Part shown: piece by piece, positions 12,462 to 25,183 of the stretch
How positions within the stretch are numbered: the first letter of the stretch is position 1
Layout: each line of letters begins with the position of its first letter
From: Pseudogymnoascus verrucosus
Taxonomy: Eukaryota
Direction: 5' to 3' (one strand)
Length of the DNA: 64,000 nt
Assembly: GCA_001662655.1 (NCBI GenBank)
Contig: KV460215.1
Notes under the pieces: generated by a model
The model's database searches: none
What the model was told of the DNA's origin: nothing
The model's input: only the letters and a program-made list of their open reading frames with translations
Program-made: the position numbers and the translations under genes

Positions 12462-13383
12462 CTAGAGGCGCCATGGAACGGTGAGAGGGTGGTATTTGTT
12501 AAAAATTAGATCCCACAGGAATACTTTACTGTTGTCGGCGAGCAATTTCCTTTCGTTGTCCTTTTCGTAAAGGTAGTCCTGCTTAGCTTTCGTAACGTCG
12601 TAAAAGCGGTCTCTTATCTGACTTAGTCCCAGCTTTAAAGTATCGGTAAATTGAGTCTTTGATACCATAGACCGCCTAGCAAAGATGGAGCTGGAGTGCT
12701 GCTCCTTGACCAACAAGATATCATCGAGAATGGAGTTTACGTCAAGATCGCCTGCCTTGATTTGGTTGGCTCTCTTATGCGTTACGAAGAAGAGTGGGCC
12801 ATAAACAATATATTCCACAAAGCGCTTTGCTTGCTTGAGGTCGACGCGTAGCTGAACCATCTGTGCAATGGTGAAGTCCACTTGACGTTGCTGCTACAAA
12901 ACAGTTAGATGTGAGTATGGTTGTGTATCTCAGTATACTGCGTACCTGTACAAGCGGCTGGAATTTCCTTGCGATGAGGTAGTCCGTCAATGTGGTTCGT
13001 CTACCAACTTCTCCCGCCGTCTGCACAAATGACTTATACTCGGCGAAGTCATCATTGGAGCAATCGGCATCCTTGATTTCAATTTCAGTGAAGTTGAAGA
13101 ATTGGGATAGAAACGGTGGCTCTTTTGGGTCCATGAACCTGAAAGTCTCCTCTCGCACAATTGCGAGAAAGGCCCTCAGGCGAGAAACCGCACCAGGGTC
13201 CGTAGATATATCAGCTAGTACGTCAGGCAATGCAGTAGCCATCGCCTTGCTGAATTCATCCGTTATGTCCTGTGGAGAATTTTCGGGTTCTTGGAAGGGA
13301 TCGAACTGCTCGTGGCTGTCCTTATTTTTGACATCGTTGAGTGTCGTTGGATCTCCAACTTCGGGCTTGGTAGGCTCATCCAT
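12462..13383 (-). CDS. Orphan hypothetical protein; exons 13383-12946 and 12893-12462; 5'-UTR intron(s); degenerate coding-like sequence continues to about 11.6 kb
   Basis: Phase-0 GTACGC..CTAAC..TAG intron (12945-12894) joins the two listed ORFs (FQPLVQ|QQRQVDFTIAQ). An upstream GTAAGT..CTGAC..CAG intron lies at 13479-13406. Confidence 0.6.
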
Positions 13384-14251
13384 GGCGAATAGTCGATCGA
13401 ATGGGCTGTTATAAATACGATGTCAGCAAAGATTGCCTGACAATGATCGTAGAAAAGTAAGATTTAGAAAAGCACTTACTTGAAACTATGTTTTGCAATA
13501 TATCACAAAGAAGCAGAGATCGAACTGCCGAATAGTTGCTAAAGCAACTGAAGTAAAATTAGCGAGGGAACAGTGAAGCTGCCAAGCTCGAGGGCCTATA
13601 GAACTTACCCAAAGCCGCAGATGTGGGACGTTGTATGCCCCTCTAAAGTGAGGATAGCCTTGAGGCTGATCTTGTTTGTTGACCGAGGGAGGTAGGTGGG
13701 TGATGGTGGGAAAAAAGATCGATTCGCTTGATGTGGGTATTATAAAAACTTCAACTTCAAATTCACTTTATAAGCGCTCTGCGATCGATTTCACTTTGTG
13801 AAGACTCGCTAGTACTTTTCTCTGCTACTTGCATACCTTCAGTATCGTCCACACTACATTTGGATTTGAAGTTGAGCAGCTTCAATCAACAGCTGGCATG
13901 CTTCTTCTTGCATTTCTAATCTCTGTTCCCATCCTCTCTCAAATACCACTTCCTACATTTTGGTTCAAGATTCAACTACTTTGATCTTGCTTCCGTCCTT
14001 CAGCTCTCCAAACTTCAGCTTCACTCTACAAGCGCTTCACTCCACAAACAGACTCAAGGCTCCTCAAAGGTAAGCATCACTTTCTGCATTTGGTTTTGGG
14101 GTTCAACAGCTTCGATCTAACCTTGCTAACCTTTACAGAGCTGATCAACTCTCTGCTTCTCTTCGAAATACAGTTGTTCACAGGACCATTTCAAGTACGT
14201 CGAAGTTCTCCACGCTGTGAATTCAAGTTCAATACTAAGTTCCTTGCAGAT

Positions 14252-14845
14252 ATGTCGTCGAACATCAACTTCAATGAGGCAATTGCGGACTTGACTGCAA
14301 TGCAAGAGCATCTGCAGATCTCAAGCCTGCCCGTTGAAGCCACAGAAATCAAGGGCGACAATGAGATCATGGATGCCGAAGATATATCCATGGACGAGGA
14401 AGAGGGTCCAGGAAAGTACCTCGAGTTCTGGGACCTTTATTCAGCACTCAACGTTACGATGGCCAATACCATCGATGCCCAAATGGATACGTACAAGCAC
14501 AGTGTAAAGAAGGCCAAAGAGCTCTATTCGACGAGAAAGACACCGGAGACACCGGATGAAGCAGCAGCTGATAGCGCGGCTGCACTGAAGTTGTTCGACG
14601 AGTCTCGCTTTCAACAGCACTATAATCGCATAGATATCTCGTTACAGGCGCTGGAGGACCTCGACGTCGCCGTATATCATCTCGAACTCAGTGAAAAGTC
14701 GGGCAATGGGGTTCCAAGGATGCTATCGCAGCTGTGCGACAGACTCGAGTATTTCTTTGGCTGCAAAGCAAGGGTTCTTAGGTCATGGGATAAGCTCGAA
14801 GCTATCATCACAGAAGAATTGAAGTTCTGGGAGGGGAGACAGTGA
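14252..14845 (+). CDS. Orphan acidic alpha-helical hypothetical protein (197 aa) preceded by two 5'-UTR introns (14070-14138, 14195-14249)
   Basis: ATG at 14252, two nt after a CAG acceptor. The upstream introns read GTAAGC..CTAAC..CAG and GTACGT..CTAAG..CAG, and the ORF is uninterrupted. Confidence 0.65.
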   Translation: MSSNINFNEAIADLTAMQEHLQISSLPVEATEIKGDNEIMDAEDISMDEEEGPGKYLEFWDLYSALNVTMANTIDAQMDTYKHSVKKAKELYSTRKTPETPDEAAADSAAALKLFDESRFQQHYNRIDISLQALEDLDVAVYHLELSEKSGNGVPRMLSQLCDRLEYFFGCKARVLRSWDKLEAIITEELKFWEGRQ

Positions 14846-14951
14846 TTCGTCACGGTCAATCGGCGGCCACACACGCACTCCAGCTTTTCTCGGACTTTGA
14901 AGCAATGACGGCCAAGGCATGACAGGAGCGAGGCTATACTTGAAAATACCG
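14842..14951 (+). repeat. Diverged dispersed repeat, copy B (begins at the stop codon of the 14252-14845 gene); partial copy C at 15088-15154
   Basis: Direct alignment with copy A. Copy C (ATGGCAAGAGGCCGAGGCTATCCTTGAAGATGCC...GATCGGCAG) matches the 3' part of copy A. Confidence 0.85.
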
Positions 14952-16274
14952 CGCAGAGGCAGAGCTATTCGTCACTGTCGATGACAGTCCCTTCCAATCA
15001 AGGACTGATCCAACATGTCTTGCTTACGGATTATTTCTTTTCTTCGGTTTCTCAGAGCATTTCAAAACAACAGCGACTAGGGCCGACATGGCAAGAGGCC
15101 GAGGCTATCCTTGAAGATGCCTTAGATGGACACTATCGCCGTCGATCGGCAGCTACAATAAATCGAGAGCCAACCAAATACATCTTGCGGATTTTTTCGC
15201 CTTTTCATTTCCTAAAGCATCGCGGAGCAACGATAGTTCATATTACAATTAACAGTTCTGCCCAAACCACTGCATCATTTCCGCACACAGCTGAAGAAGA
15301 AGAACGACTTGACATTGCATGGCCTAACAAATGTTGTATTTCAAACGCCGACAATAATGACCCCCGTTCGCCAACGCGTTTAATCGCAAATCCCTGCCAC
15401 CCAAATACCTATAACTGTAAATCTTAACTGACAGCTACAACTATAACCCCCGTTCCCAAACTATCCACAATCCCCATCCCCGTTATCAACGCCTTTCCTA
15501 TCCCGCAATAACGAACATGGCTTACACCCCGCAAATACTATATATAATACCCGCCGACTGCCGACTGCCGTCTACCGTCTGCTACTGCCCGGTGGCGGCA
15601 TGCACGGGCTCAAGAAAAAAACACCAACATACATCGGGAGCACTAATAGATCTTGAAAACCTCGGCATCATCATAAGCACACGACTCCCCCCATAAAATC
15701 TTAACAAAAAAACTATATATCGACTTACCATTCCCATACAAATCGCACCCATTCATATGTACAAAACCCCTTCCTGCTCAAAGGGGAAACAGCCCCATAG
15801 CCGAGGATGAACCCCTTCCCCGGATGTACCCCAGATCTTCAACCCCCCGGACCCCACACAGCCCCCCTAGCCCCCCTACCGAAAAAAGCCCTCACCAAAC
15901 TCCACCTAAACCCCAAGCATCCACCAGGCTGACAGCACGCTGACACCTCCAAGCCGCTCCATTAGGCCATTTTCCCCTCTTTTTCCCCTCCTTCGGCCCT
16001 TCCTCTGGACTCCCAACTCCCAACAAGTGGAAATCGATATAGTGAGACGAAACATAACTAGTTCATGCGTGCGCGTATATAGCCCGGAGGAAGTCATGTG
16101 ATATACAACCGTTGATCCCAGCTCGTGGAGTTGTGGTGGTGATTGAAATAACAAGGAGTCCCCCGAACCCCCAGACCCTGATCCCGTTTCCCCGCCTGCG
16201 CGCGTGCTAGATCCTTGCGTCGCATCACCCGCAACGACGATACGACGCTCGCACGACGCCGAAACGTGGTTAAT

Positions 16275-17429
16275 ATGTCGCATCAATATAGCCTGTACCC
16301 TACGGCGAGCGCGGTGGCGTCGACGACGGCGGCGGCGGCGATGATACCGCAGGAGCCGTTGACGCCGACGAGTATCTCGACGAGGGGGAGGTCGAGTACG
16401 AGCACGAGTACGAGCGCGAGCTTGAAGAAGGGGAGTAAGAGGGAGAGTAAGGATAGTAAGAGTAGTACTGGGTCATCGTCGTCATCGTCGTCGAAGAGGG
16501 ATTGGATTGAGCATCCGTTGCCGGTGGGGATATCGATTGGAGGGAGAGGTATGTCTGTTTGTCTATCTGAGCTATAGCTATCCCGTCTCCCCGTCCCGTC
16601 CCTTCCATTCGTTACCAATGACCATTTCGGTGGGCGGCGCCAACTCCCCAATCCCCGTTCACAAATCCCATAATACCAACGAGATATACCCCGCCGACTT
16701 TCAAATCACTAAGCACCACAACTAACACGCCCAGTAGAACGTGTCAACCCCGCCGTCGCTGTTCTCGCCCCAGCTTTTGCAGAAGATCCAATCATAACTT
16801 ACGTCCTTAACACACTCGACCCCGTCGCGCGGCGCGCCTACCTCCCCGCCTACTTTACGGCGCTAGTCACGCAAGCGACGCTGAACGGCGCTTACGTGCT
16901 CGAGCACTCCGATTGGGAGAGTTGCCTGACTGTCCTCCCTCCCGGACGGAAAGTCGAGAATCCCTTCACCCTTTTGCAATCCGGGCTAGTGGGTGTGCTC
17001 CGGAAAGTGGGGTTATCATGCGTCAAGCGGATGCTAGGAGAATTCGAAGGCGCAGTGAAGAAAGCGCGGAGGCGCGGACTGGCGAGGGGAGAGTTGCCGT
17101 ATTACGTCTTCTTTGTTGGAACGAGGGCGGATCGACAGGGTAGGGGGTTGGGGAGGGAGTTGTTGGGGGAAGTGACGGAGAGGGCGGGGAGGGAGGGGAG
17201 GAGCGTGTGGTTGGAGGCTACGACGGCGGATAGTAGGCGGTTGTTTTTGAGGATGGGGTTTGTGGATGTGGAGGAGGTGGTTATGGGGAGGGGGAAGGTT
17301 GGGCCGGGGGGGTATGAGCAGATTGGTGGGCCGGGGGTGAGGTTGTGGTGTATGGTTTGGAGGAAGGGGGATGTGGTGGTGAATATTCGGGATGTGGAGG
17401 ATGAGGAGGAGGAGGAGGGGGATGATTAG
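16275..17429 (+). CDS. GNAT-family N-acetyltransferase; intron 16549-16734/16737
   Basis: AFAEDP motif, acetyl-CoA motif A (VGTRADRQGRGLG) and motif B (WLEATTADSRRLFLRMGF). GTATGT donor and CTAAC..CAGTAG acceptor are in frame. Confidence 0.88.
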
Positions 17430-17753
17430 GGCGTTGGTTAGAGAGGGGTAATGGGTTTAAAGGGTTCGGAAAGGGTGGTTGTGGGTTTCGGGAGAGATGT
17501 GGGGATGGGAATTCGGAATTCGGAACGGCTTGGGGGTTTCGGGCGTGTCTTGGGTCTTTGTGGCGGACGGGTCGGCGGTGCCCTTGAACCAATCTTTTGT
17601 TGGCAAGTTCGGCTTACTCTGTTCTTCTATTTTCGACACCTGGATGGGGTGTGGGAATGTGTTTTACGATAGTTGATTGGAGTTTTGTCAGCCTTTCTTC
17701 TTTTCTATTTGATACCACTAAGCTGTCAATGCTACGGCATTTTTTTATTCTAT

Positions 17754-17856
17754 TATATAGCCAATGAAGCTATTAATTGTTTTATGGAAATATCTCTAGG
17801 ACTCAATTTATATAGCCAATGAATATATCATTTATTTTATGGAGGTATTTCTTGGA
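17754..17856. repeat. AT-rich imperfect tandem duplication (about 57 nt unit)
   Basis: TATATAGCCAATGAA...TTTTATGGA..TAT.TCT.GGA occurs twice in tandem. Confidence 0.7.
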
Positions 17857-20800
17857 ATTAATAGATTATGTGTCTTCATCATCTGGGAACATCTGGAATG
17901 ACACCCGTCTATAACACTTTTCATCTATCCCGAAGAATATAGCCCACCCGCCTCAAACCACACACCTATCCCGCCGCCTCCCGCCATGTAAGCCTCATTT
18001 CCACAATACCAGGGCAAGACAATCCAAACCACCTCAATCGATATTCCAGCCTCAACGCCACCATCCTGCACCGCCATCACACTGCATCACCATCGCCATC
18101 GCGTCTAAGACAGGCACTCACTCACTCAGCTCAGCCGCAGACATGAGAAGCCATTTACCATCACCGTGTCAACTGATTAAAAAAACAGATAAACACAACA
18201 ATCCACCACGTCTCACCAGCCTCTCCCCTCTCTCTCTCTGTTTATACGCTGCCAAATACATACCAAGCTTCGCCAACGAATTCACCCACACCCACACCCA
18301 TGAAGCTGGAAACTGACAACTGACAGAATAACAAACACCCACTTACTACCCACCTAACCCATCAGTATGGGTGTCACTTCCCCCCACACTACACAGACCG
18401 GTCTTCCCCACCACACACGACCATTTCTCGAAGTCGAAGGATGAGCATGTGGGGGAGGGAGACGAGTCGCGTTTGTACCACCACCACCACCGCCGGCGTC
18501 AACCCCCCTCCCACAAAGATTGTGGAGAGGGAAGAAGAAGAACAGACGCACAGCACGCACGAAGGTGGAGGACGACGCAGTATGTGCGAACAAAATACAA
18601 CAGTGCAGTACAGTACAGTTACTGGGTGTAGTCCCCTCCCTGACCCCCAACCTGCACGACCACCCCATCTCGGACGGACCTGCGTGCATGCATACCTACG
18701 TTCGTGCGTGGTTTACCTTGCATGCATGTCTAGCGCGTCTTCTCTGCACCACTCGGGGCACGTCGTTGATGTTCCCTCATCACTCGGGCCTGTGACGGGC
18801 CGACATGCGCACCGATGGCGTGCCGCCACCAGCGAACCGATAGGGGAAGAGGGAGGAGGTACGGAAGGATGATGGTTTGTAGGGCCTCGCTCTGTGACAC
18901 GGCGAGGCGATGGGAGACGCGCGGATTGGGCGTGGAATCGGCGTGCGCGCGGGCGTGGTCGGTGAGACATCCGTGCTGTGTGGGAGGGAGTGGATTGTGG
19001 GACGGATGTGTGCCGGCGGCAGGCGTGTCGGTGCTGTGCTGTGCTGTGGACAGCGGCGGGGATGGAGCTTGATCGGGACGGGGCGGAGGGTGGGAAGGGG
19101 GTTAGTGAGGTGATGTGATGTGAGTTTGGGTTAGTGAGATGGTGGTTGGTGGATGTGGGTGTGGGAGTGGGAGTGTTGCTGGGTGGGAAAGAGTGGGAAT
19201 AGTGGGTGGGGATACAGCCGTGGGTGGGAATAGTGTGTGGGAATAGTGGGAGTGGGATTATGGATGATCTACAGTTGGTGTAGCTCTTGTGCTAGTCCCC
19301 ACAGTGTTCCGAACTGGTCTGGTTTGTTCTGCTCTATCGGTTTTGCTCTGTTGCGTGGAGTCATTTTGATCGAGTCCAGTTCAGTCGAGTACACTTTGGT
19401 CGAGTACTCTTCACTTCAGCCTGTCATCCTCTGTCTACCCATCCCTCACATCCTCTCTAACAAAGCAAGGGTTCCCGTTCGTCTGTCACCCCCATCCATC
19501 CTCTCATCACATTTTTCTTCACCCACCCCCCTACCCCCCACCCCCCTACCCCCCACCACATGCACTTCACCCTGTGGCTGAACGCCTCTTTTCGTCCCCT
19601 AACTTCCGGTTTCGTGGGCGGGGGGAGATAGGAGGGAGTCTGCCGGTGTGGGTTGGACCGTTGGCGTGGAGAAGGGAATTTCCCCTTTCTTGGCGGGGGA
19701 TGGGTGGTGTGGCCAATGGAGGGAGGGAGAGGGAGAGGGATAAGGGGGGAAGTGTGATGGGAGGGATGGGAGGTATGGGAAGTATGAAATGAGGCGTTGG
19801 GGGTATAGGTGGGTTGGTAGGGGAGGGAAGGGGAGGGAAGGGGATCTGTTGATCTGGTGAAGCTCAGCCAGAGAGGTGTACTCTGTACTGGCCTGTGGGA
19901 TGATGCCATGTGAAGCCGAGTCAGACGCGATCAGTGGGATCGCTGAGGATATAATGGTTAACGACGACGTTATTAATCTATCTGGTTATTAATGGGTTAA
20001 TTAGGATCGTATCGTGCCTGATGTGATGGAGGGTCTATCCCGTGCGTAAATAGTATTGTGGTTAGCAACCATGTCCATGCATTACGAGGAGCTACGAGGG
20101 TATAGAGGCTGTTATTGAGGGAGTGGGGATTTGTTTGTGTGCCGACATGGAGGCTTTCTGCAGGTTGATAGTGCTGGAAAAGTATCTTGTGGTATGATTT
20201 AGTATGAGAGAGTACTTTGGACAAGGGGGGGTAGGGGGGGAGGGGGATCCAGGGGGGACCTTTCCCTACTCTAACTTTTGGTAGGGGTCCCAATGTGAAT
20301 TTAGTGCCCGTCCTTGTACCCAACAGGGAGAGGAGATGAAGGCATCTCCCTTTCTTCATCTTTTGTGTCTATTGTTCGTTGGTTTCTTCAACAAAGGAAT
20401 TGTTGCCTTGCATATACTGTATAATACAGTGCAGTATAGATCAGTATAGACTGCGATAACAACCAACAACCTCGACAGCGACAGCGACAGCAACAGCGAC
20501 GGCGACCTTCCCCAGCTTCATCCCCAGGCTGTCAGCACACTACCTCTACTTTCTACCCGTCCGCCAACCTTTACCCGTCAAAGGGCCCGCCGCCGCCGTT
20601 CGTGCCGTGCCTGAGCCGTGCCTGCGTTTCTCGCTACCAAGCCTGTCCTTGTTGTCTCCCTTGGTGTCTCTTCAGTCTCTCCTTGGTGTGTTCCACCACT
20701 GCAACATCGGAGAATACCAGAGACACTACGACTCGCCCGCCGAGTCAGCGATCGATACACTGTGGCACCACACACAGATACACGATCCACGATACACAAA

Positions 20801-22039
20801 CACGTCCACGGTGGAAAAAATATATATAAAATTCAAAATACAAACAAAAACGACTTCAAGAACGCGACAATTCATGCCAATCTACAGCTGAATCTACAGC
20901 GTCTCACTCCACAGCCACGGATCTACACACGAAACAAAGCATCAATCGTCAAAATCAACCCCCAAGAACGACCACCCGAACTATACAACTCTACACCAAT
21001 ACAATCAGTCAACGATCACTCAAAGACCCCATTGATCGCTGCCTCTCCTTCCTCTTTTCCTCCTCCTCCAAGCCCCCCAAATCACCCCCAAAACTCCCTC
21101 CAAACCTTCCCCCAATCAACCCCCAATACTCCATCCTGGAACCCATCCTGCACGCTACTACTGCCACCGGCCTACACTCGACCAGTCGCACGCACGGGCG
21201 TTGCATGCACGTCCACCGTCTGCACGGATCCAGCCAACCAACTAAGTAAGGTACTGTCCACTACCCTACCACTAACAGCCACGCTACCACCACACTTGCG
21301 ACCAAAACCTACGAGAGACCGACGAGGGAGGAGGGAGAGAGTCGCATGGGGCTATCCGGCAATACCTGAACGAACTCCTTTCTCAGGGACCAACCGCCGC
21401 CTTATCCATTCCTCACCCGTCTCCTCCGCCTTCCCCCCCCACGACAAAAACACAACACGATTGCGACTCGACGGAAGGGAAGATAGACGACACTCTGCGA
21501 TTCTTTAGCAGAGACTTCATTTCTGAGGAGATACTGCGAGTTTAGTGCGAGAATTGGGCCTCCATTTTCACCGGGCCGTATCGCATATCCACGTGCATTA
21601 ACGAGGTAGGTTGAGCGCCCTCTGCTATTTTTGATCCCCCCCCCCCGGATTGCGGATTCACCGTGGTCAAGAGGATTCGCGCACCTTATTCACAGTGAAT
21701 TTCATGCGATCTTCCCGTTTGCTGTCATACTTGCCGCACTTGGCGAAAAAACCACGGACCCGGCGCTGACCGCATTGCGAAGAACAGTTACAGGACGCCG
21801 ATCTAGGCCTTAAGATCCCCCTTTATACGCGTTTCGCGAGGTTCGACGCGGGACTTGCCCGGATTGACTCCAACGACGAGCACGCTCGAAAACTGCGACT
21901 CGAAAGCCTCGCACGGAAACCCGACTCGAGCGGCTGGCGGGCTGGGCTCTGCATAACCTAGCACCAAACCCGTCGCCCGGAACGAACATATACCACACAC
22001 ATCTCTCCGGCTGAAGTGAGCCGAATCCAAACATACACA

Positions 22040-25000
22040 ATGGCGGCATCCATACCACGACCTTCGCGGCCGTCCTACGGGCCCCCGACATCCGCCCTAC
22101 CGGCAATCCCAACAACGAAGACGAGAAAGAGCACTGGTGCCATACCCACATTCGCTGACTCGAACGACCTTACAATACCTCTCCCCAAGACCGGACTCCG
22201 ATCGCCGTCAGGCGGCCCGCCCGAGACAGGTCTCACCTTGCCAAAGACACTGCCAAAACTGAGGACTCTCCCCGCCGGCACGAATTCGCAGGGCAAAACG
22301 ATACGGAAGACGATCAGCATTAATTCCTTCCCACAGCCGCCGCGGAGCACGCGCACATCGAGTCTACCACCGAGCCCACTCTCTGCAGGCGCAGGAGCGG
22401 CGTCGAACCGAGACTCGACAGAGAGCAGCCCTCTGACACCACTCGGCGCAAAGCCGCTGCGGCGGAAACCGAAGACTTCGCTTGGACCTGGCACGCAACT
22501 GGCTTATGCGGGCGGTTCCTCGCCCAGTCTACTCAACGGCAGCGGAACTACAAAATCTATATCGAGCGGGCCAGGCGCAAGAGGATCAGATGGCCTTCTC
22601 AGCCTCCCTTCACCGCCACAGAGCAGGAGCTCTTCGGCGCAGGACACGGAGTCCACGGCGAGTACGTATGAAGACGGCCTGGATGCCGGGAGGGGCAGGC
22701 AGACCTCAGCGGAGCTGGCTAATGGCGACTCGAAGTCGACAGAGGGGAAGGGGAATGTCATCGTGAGCGTACGTGTGCGCCCGGATGCTGGTGGCGATGC
22801 GCCGGGCGCAAGCAAGACTGATGGGGAGTGGATGGTGGATGGGAGGCGCTCGCTCGTTGCCTACAAGGGGCCAGCGGGTGGTGACCATTATTATGGTGAG
22901 ACTACTACATTGAGAATCTACGGACTATGCTAATATCATACAGATAATGTATTTGCGACACACGACACGAATTCCCGCGTCTACGACGGCTCGGCCAAGC
23001 GATTAGTACGACGAGTTATGGAGGGATACCATGGAACGGTCTTCGCATATGGAATGACGGGTACAGGAAAGACATTCTCGATGCAGGGCACGGCGACAAA
23101 CCCTGGTGTCATTCCTCTCGCCATCACCGACATATTCTCCTACATTCGCGAAACCCCTTCACGCGAGTTCCTCCTACGCGTCAGCTACCTCGAAATCTAC
23201 AATGAGAAGATCCACGATCTGCTCAATCCACCGCCAGCGAACGCTCTTGGCGCAAATGCACCCGCCCAGGAGGAAATCAAGCTCCGCGAGGACGCAAAGC
23301 GAGGCGTTTACGCCAGTCCCCTCAAGGAGGAGATCGTGCAGAGCCCGACACAACTTCTTCGTGTTATTGCCCGTGGTGACCACGCCAGACGGACATCGAG
23401 CACGCAGTTCAACGCCCGCAGTTCCCGCAGTCACGCCGTCGTGCAGATCGTCGTCGAGAGTCGCGAGCGACTTCCCGGCAACGGTGCTATGTCGGATAAC
23501 AAGCGCTCTGGGCTCGTCCCCGGTGGTGTCAGAGTCTCAACTCTGAGTCTCATCGATCTTGCTGGTTCGGAACGTGCAGCTGAGACCAAGGAACGCCGCG
23601 AGGAAGGATCGCATATCAACAAGAGTCTTCTCACTCTCGGAACGGTCATCGCGAGGCTGTCAGGTGATAAGGATAAGGAGGGCAAGCCGATGGACAAGAA
23701 CGGCAAGCATCTTCCTTATCGTGACAGCAAGCTCACCCGCCTGTTGCAGGGCGCACTCTCGGGTGACTCCCTCGTCAGCATCCTCTGCACCATCCAGATC
23801 GGCTCTGTTGGGTCCGCAGCGGCGGCGAACACGCACACCGGCGAGACACTGAATACGCTCAAGTTCGCATCTCGCGCAAAGAACAATATCGTCTCGCACG
23901 CCAAAAAGGCTGAGGAAGCTCTCGGCGCCGGCGGCGACGGCGGCGCCCGCGTGCTCCTCGAGCGATACCGTCTCGAGATTCAAGACCTACGCGGCCAACT
24001 CGATGGACAAGCCAGGTCCAAAGACGACGAAGAAGAGAGCAAGCGCGAGAAGGAAGCCGAGCTCCGCCACGAAGAGCAGATGCTCGAAATGCAACTCGCG
24101 CGCACAGCACTCAAAGAGCGCATCGAGCACCTCAACCGGCTGATCATCTCGAGTAAATCCACAGGTGTGAATTCCGGGTCCTTCTCCTCGATGGGGAATC
24201 ATCCCCGCTTATCGACCATGACGTCCAACACCAACCTCGCGTCGGCGCGCTCGTCGTATGCCGCTTCGCTCGCGGCGGATTCGAGGAAGTCCCTTGAACG
24301 CTCGCCGAGTATGGCGAGTCAGTCTACGCTGGGGCAGCTGCCGGCGTCGGATAAGGGGGGGACGGGGTCGAGTACCCCGCACCACCATGATGGGCATGAT
24401 GATGAGGATAGTATGGGGGAGTATGGTGATGGGACGGCGTCGCTTGCTGCGCAGAATAGGGCGTTGCTGGCTGATGTGGCGGATAAGAACCGCTACATCT
24501 CCACCCTCGAGAAGCGACTCCTGCAAGCTCGACGATCCAGCCATTCCCGCGCGAGTATCGGCTTCAACGGCGGCAAGAGCGGTGCAGCTGCTGCGGCGGT
24601 GGCGGGGGGCGAGGACACCGGCGTCGCTGCGCTGTTGAGGGATAAGGATGCTGAGATCTTGGATCTGAGAGCTAGGCTTGATGATAAAGATCATATGCTC
24701 ACCGCGCTCCGCTCTGCAGCTCGATCACGCGATGCAGCAGAGCGAAGCGGCGAGACTACAGGACGTACGAGCGTGTTGACGGCGGAGAATCTCGCTAGTG
24801 CTGCTGCGGCGCTGGGTAGGGGAGAGGTTGGGCTTGGTCTGGGGATGGGGATGGGGTCAGCGGGGAACCATGTCAGTATTGCCTCAGCGCCTACTGGTGC
24901 TCCCCTCCGGACGGGGGCGGTGACGGCGCCTGCTACCCCAGCGGCGGGGGCGGTGGTGGCAGACCCGATGGCGGCGTCGATGCCGACGAGTCCGGTGCTG

Positions 25001-25183
25001 ACGAGTCCGACGAGGGGGAAGGGGAAGAGGAAGAGTGTGGATGAGATGAGTAGGATGCTGGATGAGATGATTCAGGATCGGGTTGAGAGGGGGGAGATTG
25101 TTAAGGGGGTTAGGGGGAGTGTGAGGCTTCCTGGGGTTGGGGGCGAGAGGAAGGAGGATGGGGGTGTTGCTGTTGTTGCTTGA
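22040..25183 (+). CDS. kipA: Kinesin-7 family motor (KipA/CENP-E-like); intron 22896-22943
   Basis: VSVRVRP, P-loop AYGMTGTGKT, switch I NARSSRSH, switch II LIDLAGSE, HINKSLLTLG, HLPYRDSKLTRLLQ and ETLNTLKFASRAK. It has a long S/P-rich N-terminus and coiled-coil tail. Confidence 0.93.

Noticed and set aside
7000..15400. Intact transposon or Starship element explaining the accessory block
   Set aside because: No transposase, tyrosine recombinase, RT or integrase ORF, and no clear TIRs or target-site duplication were seen.
20618..21508. 296-aa ORF upstream of the kinesin
   Set aside because: No ATG start, low-complexity Pro/Thr composition arising from C/A-rich leader DNA, and no recognisable domain.
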